The notes under the pieces: generated by a model | What the model saw: only the letters and a program-made list of their open reading frames with translations | Databases searched by the model: none | What the model was told of the DNA's origin: nothing | Assembly: GCA_016927245.1 (NCBI GenBank) | Contig: JAFGNA010000022.1 | Coordinates: forward strand, 3,128-67,127 | DNA from: Candidatus Woesearchaeota archaeon | GTDB lineage: Archaea; Nanobdellota; Nanobdellia; Woesearchaeales; WJKR01 | Reading direction: 5' to 3' | Length of the DNA: 64,000 nt | Position numbers and translations under genes: made by a program | Part shown: positions 57,530 through 64,000 of the stretch, piece by piece | Layout of the letters: every line of letters starts with the position of its first letter | How positions within the stretch are numbered: position 1 is the stretch's first letter

Positions 57530-57992
57530 ACTCATGAAGGACGAGTTCCGCTTCATCCTTTTAGAAGATGGAGGAAAGCCAATGGAACCCGCATGGCGAG
57601 AAAAGAACAACTATACCTATAGAGACAAGAAACTCAAAGACCACGTCTGGAAGAACCTCCCTTACGCCATCCTTTGCGGCAAGGGCAATCTCGTTGCAGT
57701 AAGCTTCAAGGACCGAGAAGCCTATGATAAGTATGCTGATGCATTGCCCTTGACACTCATGGCATCCCTCAAGACACTTAGCAAAGTAAGTTACTATTAT
57801 TGCGAGAACGCCCGAACAAAGATAATTAGGAACAAGAAGAACAAGCACGTAGCAACAATTCATGGAAAAGGCTCGTACTGCCTCGCACCAGAAAAGAGCC
57901 TAACCAGTTCATCGTGGTGTGATTACGTGTTCGACGTTCCCATTACTCGCATTAAGTACGAAGAACTAGAAGCCGTTTTCGATGAAAAATGA
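57513..57992 (+). CDS. PrimPol-domain paralog with substituted catalytic aspartates (likely inactive)
   Basis: Aligns with the N-terminus of the downstream replicase (RFILLEDGG..YAILCGKGNLVAVSFKD vs RFIIMWGKK..YGLLCGAGNYLVVDFDD); the DxD motif is replaced by SxK. Confidence 0.5.
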   Translation: MNVHNRLMKDEFRFILLEDGGKPMEPAWREKNNYTYRDKKLKDHVWKNLPYAILCGKGNLVAVSFKDREAYDKYADALPLTLMASLKTLSKVSYYYCENARTKIIRNKKNKHVATIHGKGSYCLAPEKSLTSSSWCDYVFDVPITRIKYEELEAVFDEK

Positions 57993-60109
57993 CCATCCCT
58001 GAACGACTTAGAACAGACGAAGCTCGATTCATTATAATGTGGGGAAAGAAAGGGAGCGAGGGTTGGACGACCAATGCAAATTATCATTGGAGCAATAATA
58101 AATTACAGGAGCACATAGGTAAAGGAGGAAATTATGGGCTTTTGTGCGGTGCTGGTAATTACCTCGTAGTTGATTTCGATGATGTAAAAACTATGAATAA
58201 GTATTACCCTCTGCTTCCATCATCGTTCACTGTAGAGACTGGTTCGGGGAAGAAACATGTATATTTCAAATGCGACACACCTATATCTAAAAGAATAAAA
58301 AATAAAGAAGGCAAATCGCTAATTGACATTCAAGGCAATAAGACGGCAGTGCTCTGCCCAGGAAGCAAACATCCTGACACAAATAAAGAGTATAAAGTAA
58401 TCAAAAACACAGATGTTGTTCCTATCGAATATCATGAACTTCTAGAATTATTTTCAGAATTAATAGTTAACGAAGACCTTGAGTCATCGACCAAGAAACA
58501 ACGCATTACGTATAAAGATGAAATTACCGAAAGGATTAAAGAACTAGAAAAAATATCAAACACACTATCAGACATGGGGATTCCAACAAACAAAAACCCA
58601 ACGGAATGCCCATTTCATGCCTCAAAAAGAGGGCAGTGCCTAAGTTTTGACGACGAGAAGGGCTTATGGCACTGTTTCCACTGCCTTGAAGGGGGCGACA
58701 TATTCAACCTTTATATGAAAAAGGAAAACTGGTCATTCATCGAAACAAAGAAGTATTTGATGGAAAAGCATAACCTATTTGAGGCTAAGGAAGAACCAGA
58801 GAAAAAAAGAAATATCGATTGGCGAAAGTTAGCACTAGAACTCCATAAAATAAACCCCTATTTCTTTGACAAAGGACAAAACTTTTGGGCGTGGGCACAT
58901 CAAAGGAAAGCCTACGAACTTGTTGATAAGATTGATATGATGAATATGTTTGATGCCGCATTTAACATGCCAGGAACCAGCTCAATAAGAACTCAAGCAA
59001 CAATACTAGAATCCCTAAGAAGAATTGGGCGACTAAAAATTCCTAAGGACATGCCCCCTACATGGGTACAATTCAAGGATAAGGTTGTTGATATTTCAAC
59101 TGGTGAAGAACTACTCCCTTCGCCAGAGTACTTTGCAGCAAATCCTATACCTTGGAAGTACGTTGTGGGAAAAGAAACCCCAAGAATAAACGAATTGCTC
59201 ATAGAATGGGTTGGGGAGGAATACGCTTTGTCCTTGAAAGAAATAATGGCATTCGCAATGATTCCAAACTACTTCATTCATAGAATGTTTTGCTTTATAG
59301 GGCAAGGAACGAATGGGAAGTCATCTCTCACCAAACTAATCTCCACGTTCCTTGGTGAAGATAATTGCTCAAGCGTTGACTTCCACTTCCTCATAACAGA
59401 TAGGTTTGCAACAGCACAAAAACTATACAAGAAGCTAACTTGCCTAATCACGGAAACCGACTTTGATGATGTCAAGAAAACAGCAAAATTCAAAAGCATT
59501 GTAGGCGACAAAGACAAAATGAGTTTTGAGTACAAGCACAAAACATCATTTGATGGCTATAATTACGCAAAGCCAATCATTACCACCAACCACCTCCCTC
59601 AAACTTACGACCAAAGTGATGGCTTTTTTCGCAGATGGTTCATCATTGATTTTCCGAACAAGTTTCCGGAAGACATTGACCCATTACTAACGATACCTGA
59701 AGAAGAATATGAGAACCTCACTGGCGAACTCGTAGAAATCGGGAAAAGGCTTTGGGTGGAAAGAAGATTTACCAACGAAGGAACAGTTGAACAAAGAAAA
59801 GAAAACTACGAAAAGCACAGCAACCCACTAAAGACGTTCATCGACACCAGACTAAAAAAAGACATCAATGAATTTATCGTGAAGAGAGAGTTCTTTGAGC
59901 TTTTTGAAAAATATTGCGAGGAAAAGCAAATACCAAAGTGGACCGAAAAAACAGTTGGCTCGGTAATGAGAAAACTCGAATATGAGACTGATAGAAAGTA
60001 CATCAATGGGGAACTGCACAGAGTCTTTACAGGAATCTATGTTGAGCGCAAAGATGAAAAGATTGCTGACACCAATATTCTTGACTTCGAGAAAGACGTT
60101 AATGGGTAA
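57989..60109 (+). CDS. Primase-polymerase (PrimPol/AEP) - zinc-binding - SF3/P4-type helicase replication protein
   Basis: VVDFDD (AEP catalytic DxD), Zn motif CPFH..C..WHCFHC, Walker A FIGQGTNGKSSL, Walker B LITETDFDD; 706 aa like pRN1 ORF904-type replicases. Confidence 0.8.
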   Translation: MTIPERLRTDEARFIIMWGKKGSEGWTTNANYHWSNNKLQEHIGKGGNYGLLCGAGNYLVVDFDDVKTMNKYYPLLPSSFTVETGSGKKHVYFKCDTPISKRIKNKEGKSLIDIQGNKTAVLCPGSKHPDTNKEYKVIKNTDVVPIEYHELLELFSELIVNEDLESSTKKQRITYKDEITERIKELEKISNTLSDMGIPTNKNPTECPFHASKRGQCLSFDDEKGLWHCFHCLEGGDIFNLYMKKENWSFIETKKYLMEKHNLFEAKEEPEKKRNIDWRKLALELHKINPYFFDKGQNFWAWAHQRKAYELVDKIDMMNMFDAAFNMPGTSSIRTQATILESLRRIGRLKIPKDMPPTWVQFKDKVVDISTGEELLPSPEYFAANPIPWKYVVGKETPRINELLIEWVGEEYALSLKEIMAFAMIPNYFIHRMFCFIGQGTNGKSSLTKLISTFLGEDNCSSVDFHFLITDRFATAQKLYKKLTCLITETDFDDVKKTAKFKSIVGDKDKMSFEYKHKTSFDGYNYAKPIITTNHLPQTYDQSDGFFRRWFIIDFPNKFPEDIDPLLTIPEEEYENLTGELVEIGKRLWVERRFTNEGTVEQRKENYEKHSNPLKTFIDTRLKKDINEFIVKREFFELFEKYCEEKQIPKWTEKTVGSVMRKLEYETDRKYINGELHRVFTGIYVERKDEKIADTNILDFEKDVNG

Positions 60110-60599
60110 GTGTTGCCAGGATTGCCATAATTGCCACCATTCTTATATTGTGAATACCACTTATTGTATTTGGTATAATGGAATAAAGAAAGGTGGCAAA
60201 CCTGACAATTGTGGCAAAAAGAAGCATAAGCATTATATTTGCCATCACATTCCCACAGGCATGGTCTACGAAGCCCGTACATTTGGTGCCTGGGAGGTCG
60301 AGGACGACCTCATCCAAATAGGCATCCTTGACTACCCAATAATCCTTTCGTTCACCTACGAGCAACTTAATAGCATTAGAAGGGACCTCTCACAGCTGCC
60401 TGATTTCCAGGTCTACGATGACGAGCTACGAGATTTTGACTCGATTAGAGCATACACGTCACCCGGAGAGGAAATGGTCTACGTCCTCTTCAAAGAGCTA
60501 GGAGGACTAAGCGTAGGCATACCTAAGAAGGAGTTCTCGACCTTCTGCGAGGAGCTGGTGCAGCTCAACCCGCAATTCATGCTGGAACGGGAAAATTGA
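60102..60599 (+). CDS. Cys/His-rich small protein (putative zinc-binding), C-terminal half of higher GC
   Basis: MGKCCQDCHNCHHSYIV..CIWYNG..CGKKKHKHYICHH N-terminus; ATG overlaps the replicase stop. Confidence 0.4.
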   Translation: MGKCCQDCHNCHHSYIVNTTYCIWYNGIKKGGKPDNCGKKKHKHYICHHIPTGMVYEARTFGAWEVEDDLIQIGILDYPIILSFTYEQLNSIRRDLSQLPDFQVYDDELRDFDSIRAYTSPGEEMVYVLFKELGGLSVGIPKKEFSTFCEELVQLNPQFMLEREN

Positions 60600-60780
60600 C
60601 ATTCCCTCAAGCCATTTATAAACAGTTTGTTTATAAACAGTTCATTTATAAACGGCGATAGAGGGGCAGGGAGTATTTTAAGGATGGATTAAAATAACGC
60701 CACCAAAAGGAGGCTTTCGAGCATTTCTCGCCTTCAAATTGCAAATCTATATAAGAATCACCTTTTAACCACTTCAAAGT

Positions 60781-61566
60781 ATGCTGACTGAAGACATTGC
60801 ACTGTACCAAGAGCTACTCGACTTATGCGGGGACATTACCCAATATACCGAAAACACACAGACATTCCATTCTCAAATGTCTTGGACACCCCTCAATGAA
60901 AAATGTAATCATACAATATTACCATTATCAGAAGTAGTACCAAGACAAAGCTTATTTCCTAAAATACCGGAATTAGAGCAAGAATGTAAAGAATGCTGGA
61001 AATTCTATCTCTCACCGAGAAACAAGAGCATTAGAGTTCTGGACATACAATTAGGAAGAAAATTTGAATTCAAGCTCATCGAGTTCCTGAAAAGAAAAGG
61101 TATCGACTGCAGAAAAGGAGATGAGGAAGACAAACGGTTTCCTGATAATGTTGTTTATACTGACGGGAAAAAATCAGCATATTTGGAGATAAAGTATCAA
61201 TCAGCACCATGGCTGTGGGCTTATCGTGAAGAAGGCTCCAATAGAGAATGTTATGAAGGCAGCCCCGCATTAGACATAAAAAAATTAAAACAACAATATG
61301 AACTAATAAAGTCAGGTGCAATAACCATCCCATCGTATTATGTTTACTGGTTGGACTTCCCATGCATCAAAGGAGTATTTTTCATCTCAATAGAAGATAT
61401 GTATAAATTCTTTGAAGAAGAGGCAATTCTTTTTGATAGAAAGGAAAGAGAAGGAGACTTCAAAACAATTAATGGAGTAAAAAAGAAAGTTTCAGCCACA
61501 ATAAAAATTCATCCTTCATTATTTAGAATGAAATCATTTTCACAATTGCTTGAGGTTTTGATATAG
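60781..61566 (+). CDS. PD-(D/E)xK nuclease-fold protein (candidate restriction endonuclease)
   Basis: FPDNVVYTDGKKSAYLEIKYQ fits PD...(D/E)xK; several CxxC pairs; gene abuts the TGT-like gene. Confidence 0.45.
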   Translation: MLTEDIALYQELLDLCGDITQYTENTQTFHSQMSWTPLNEKCNHTILPLSEVVPRQSLFPKIPELEQECKECWKFYLSPRNKSIRVLDIQLGRKFEFKLIEFLKRKGIDCRKGDEEDKRFPDNVVYTDGKKSAYLEIKYQSAPWLWAYREEGSNRECYEGSPALDIKKLKQQYELIKSGAITIPSYYVYWLDFPCIKGVFFISIEDMYKFFEEEAILFDRKEREGDFKTINGVKKKVSATIKIHPSLFRMKSFSQLLEVLI

Positions 61567-63012
61567 ATGTTTGAATTAAAAAAGAAAATAGGTTCTATTA
61601 GAAGCGGAGTATTTCATAGTAATAAGAAAGCAAGTTCTACGCCTTGTTTTTTCGCCACGTCAAATTTTGGAGGTGGTGGAACGAATGTTTCTCGCCTGTT
61701 GGTATATTCTGATTTGTTAAGTGAATCGAATATTAATCTGTTATTAAATTATTATTATATTGATATTGACTCTGATTTGAGTCCAAGATTCGACACCTCT
61801 TTGGTTGAGGATTTCAAAGGTATGAAAGATATACTTGATTTTATTAAACACATTAAGAAAGCATACTGTGAGAAAAGTGATGCTCTTAAGAAAGATTATT
61901 CCATATCTGAATCGGAGTGGAAGCCTGTAGTTTTGTTAGATAGTGGCTCAGGAAACATTCTCAGGAATAAAATAAAAAATAAAGAGTTGACCAAAGATAA
62001 TTATTCAGAGAAGTATAAATCTGTTGTTGATGATTACCTTTCATTCTTAGAAAAACATCTTTTTGATATAGGTATTGTAATGGACTTTGCTAAGAAAAAT
62101 ACTTACAAGGCAGGAGAACTTAGCGATGTTGAATATGTGAAAAATATAACTTTTTTCACAACAAAGAACTTTGACCTCTTGAAAATGACACTTCAAGAAC
62201 AAAAACAGAAGTTTCCCAATCTTAATTTGTTTGTTCCAATTCACGGAGATTCACTTGAAGAATATTATGATTATTTAAAGAATATACTTAAATTAGAATC
62301 AAAAGAAAAATTTCTTTTCAAGGGATTTGCTATAGGGGGTTTAGGAAATCCTAATAAGGTAGATAAGACTATTTGGGGTATTCCTGATGAAGTTAATGGG
62401 AAAGTTAAAGGGATGCTTTATCTCAATAAAATAGCTGCAAAAATAAGAAAAACACTTGATGAAAGAAGCGACGATAGGCCTATTCACATTCTCGGCGCGG
62501 CATCACCATATAACCTAATACCCTTACTTTTATCAGGAATGGATACTTTTGATTGTCATAGTGCGTGGAGACGAGCGTCTGATGGCAACAGCGATTCAAA
62601 AGACTATGTGTTGAAGTCAATAAAAGAAAATGTCAAGGTTGATGGAGATGTAAAATTCTCTAAAATACTTGTTCCTTTACTAAAAAAAGACCTGTCCATT
62701 ATTGTGGAAAATAAATCATCATTTTTAGAATTCGAAAAATTACATTTGATTAAAAATGATAATTGGAATTGTGATTGTCCAGTTTGTGAAAAGTTTTCAA
62801 TTAATCAAATTAAAGAATTATTTTCGGGTGACCAAGAAAGAAACTTTTTTTCAAAAATATTGATTTACATTCATAGCATATATCAATATCAATACATTTG
62901 CGAATTGTTTTCCTCCTTTGATAAGTATGATGATGTTGGAAGGTTTATAGAATCGCTCCCTGATTGTTCCTATAAAACTAACCTTAAAACGTTTTTAGAA
63001 CACATAATATAG
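61567..63012 (+). CDS. tRNA-guanine transglycosylase (TGT) superfamily protein, DpdA-like candidate DNA 7-deazaguanine transglycosylase
   Basis: TGT hallmarks in order: STPCFFATSNFGGGGT (cf. TPCFMPVGT), VVLLDSGSGN (cf. LTDSGGFQ catalytic Asp), GFAIGGLG (cf. GYAVGGLAVGE), PIHILGAASPYNLIPLLLSGMDTFDCHS (cf. PRYLMGVG..GIDMFDC), zinc site CDCPVCEKF (cf. CDCYTC). Confidence 0.75.
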   Translation: MFELKKKIGSIRSGVFHSNKKASSTPCFFATSNFGGGGTNVSRLLVYSDLLSESNINLLLNYYYIDIDSDLSPRFDTSLVEDFKGMKDILDFIKHIKKAYCEKSDALKKDYSISESEWKPVVLLDSGSGNILRNKIKNKELTKDNYSEKYKSVVDDYLSFLEKHLFDIGIVMDFAKKNTYKAGELSDVEYVKNITFFTTKNFDLLKMTLQEQKQKFPNLNLFVPIHGDSLEEYYDYLKNILKLESKEKFLFKGFAIGGLGNPNKVDKTIWGIPDEVNGKVKGMLYLNKIAAKIRKTLDERSDDRPIHILGAASPYNLIPLLLSGMDTFDCHSAWRRASDGNSDSKDYVLKSIKENVKVDGDVKFSKILVPLLKKDLSIIVENKSSFLEFEKLHLIKNDNWNCDCPVCEKFSINQIKELFSGDQERNFFSKILIYIHSIYQYQYICELFSSFDKYDDVGRFIESLPDCSYKTNLKTFLEHII

Positions 63013-63792
63013 TTACATGAAATCTTTCAGGTTTGATTCTTTTTTCAATCTGTTTCTGGTCATTTCACAATATTTCTTATCTAAATCTATACCAATAGAA
63101 TTCCTTCCAAGCTTTTTTGCAGCTAACAAGGTTGTTCCAGAACCGACAAACGGGTCAAGTACCCAATCACCCTTATTGGAAGACATTTTTATGATTCGCT
63201 CAATCATGTCTACTGGATAAATGCAAGGGTGTTCAGTTATTCCCAACTTCTTCTTAGTCATGTTATTAACTCTATTGAAAAACCAAACATCTGTTGGGTT
63301 TCTACCAGAACTTGCATCGAACCGCTTATCATTTTGAGTAATGACGGGAATTTTTACATCTTTTAGGTTGAATACATAGTTGTTAATATCTTTTACGAAC
63401 CACAATACCGCCTCCCATCTCCCGGCCAGTCGTTTTGTTGGATTTTGCATATTATTAAAATGCCAGATTATTTTATTACGTAGAAAAAAACCATTCTTTT
63501 TTCCTATTCCCCATGCAATTGAATCTAATGGGATTATTTCCTTTGTCTTTTTGTCAGGTATAGGACTCACATTCAAAAAGAAGCTTCCATCAGGGGTTAA
63601 TACTCTTTTCAGTTCTTTGAAAGTAGCGCTTATCAGTTTCTTCCATTCATCAATATGGACATCATCAATGTAGAGCAAATAATCTTTTTTTAGATTGTAT
63701 GGTGGCGAGGTAACAGCAAGTCTAATTGATTTGCTCTTGAGTTTCTTTAGTTCTTTAATACAATCTCCTTGTATTATGTTAGCTTCAACCAT
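63013..63792 (-). CDS. DNA methyltransferase, N4-cytosine/N6-adenine beta-class
   Basis: Motif [12 protein letters not shown] (SPPY) precedes motif [10 protein letters not shown]; 259 aa. Confidence 0.85.
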   Translation of the reverse strand: MVEANIIQGDCIKELKKLKSKSIRLAVTSPPYNLKKDYLLYIDDVHIDEWKKLISATFKELKRVLTPDGSFFLNVSPIPDKKTKEIIPLDSIAWGIGKKNGFFLRNKIIWHFNNMQNPTKRLAGRWEAVLWFVKDINNYVFNLKDVKIPVITQNDKRFDASSGRNPTDVWFFNRVNNMTKKKLGITEHPCIYPVDMIERIIKMSSNKGDWVLDPFVGSGTTLLAAKKLGRNSIGIDLDKKYCEMTRNRLKKESNLKDFM

Positions 63793-63979
63793 TATACTTA
63801 ATCTCCATAGGTTTTCTTGTTGAAAAAGCGTCTGATTCGTTCAAAAGTCCTAAAACCCACGATTTTGCTTGCTTTAAGACGTGCCTTAGCTCACGACTCC
63901 CCACCCATTCTCCTTCACTAAACAATTCATCAACCCTATCAGCTTGTGTTTTTGTTAGAATATGTTTTGTTTTCGTCAA
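63785..63979 (-). CDS. Small hypothetical protein of the element
   Basis: 64-aa AT-rich ORF overlapping the MTase start. Confidence 0.3.
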   Translation of the reverse strand: MTKTKHILTKTQADRVDELFSEGEWVGSRELRHVLKQAKSWVLGLLNESDAFSTRKPMEIKYNG

Positions 63980-64000
63980 AGTATTTTCATATGTTATTCT

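Larger units (their letters stand above)
56171..64000. mobile_element. AT-rich integrated plasmid-like element (pRN1-type replication module plus DNA-modification/R-M cargo) next to tRNA-Thr; continues beyond window
   Basis: Abrupt fall from about 60% to about 35-40% GC directly after the tRNA 3' end; RHH + PrimPol-SF3 helicase replicase; MTase, nuclease-like and TGT-like cargo; no housekeeping genes. Confidence 0.7.

Overview
Archaeal chromosomal segment of about 60% GC, with TGA, TAA and TAG all used as stops, ending in a sharp switch to AT-rich foreign DNA. The first 56 kb is mostly core informational and housekeeping genes: spt4-rps24e-rps27ae, ftsZ, ATP-dependent DNA ligase, orc1/cdc6, aIF5A-rpl40e, nop5-fibrillarin, valS, ABCE1, SMC, Nmd3, a Hel308 fragment, 5 tRNA genes of which 3 carry introns, ackA plus a bacterial-type gapA, and a MoxR-DUF58-VWA cluster. 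It also holds an accessory surface-protein locus (41.5-51.1 kb) and several decayed genes: a UMPH-1 nucleotidase pseudogene, a LAGLIDADG homing-endonuclease pseudogene, and a Hel308 fragment lacking its N-terminal RecA1 domain. Immediately after tRNA-Thr(TGT) at 56170 the composition drops to roughly 35-40% GC. This AT-rich tract runs to the window end and looks like an integrated pRN1-type plasmid-like element. It carries an RHH gene and a PrimPol / SF3-helicase replicase. Its cargo is a PD-(D/E)xK nuclease-like gene, a TGT-superfamily (DpdA-like) gene and an N4/N6 DNA methyltransferase, so it is a candidate 7-deazaguanine DNA-modification / restriction island. No CRISPR array is present. GC figures and all homology assignments are by eye from motifs, not computed.
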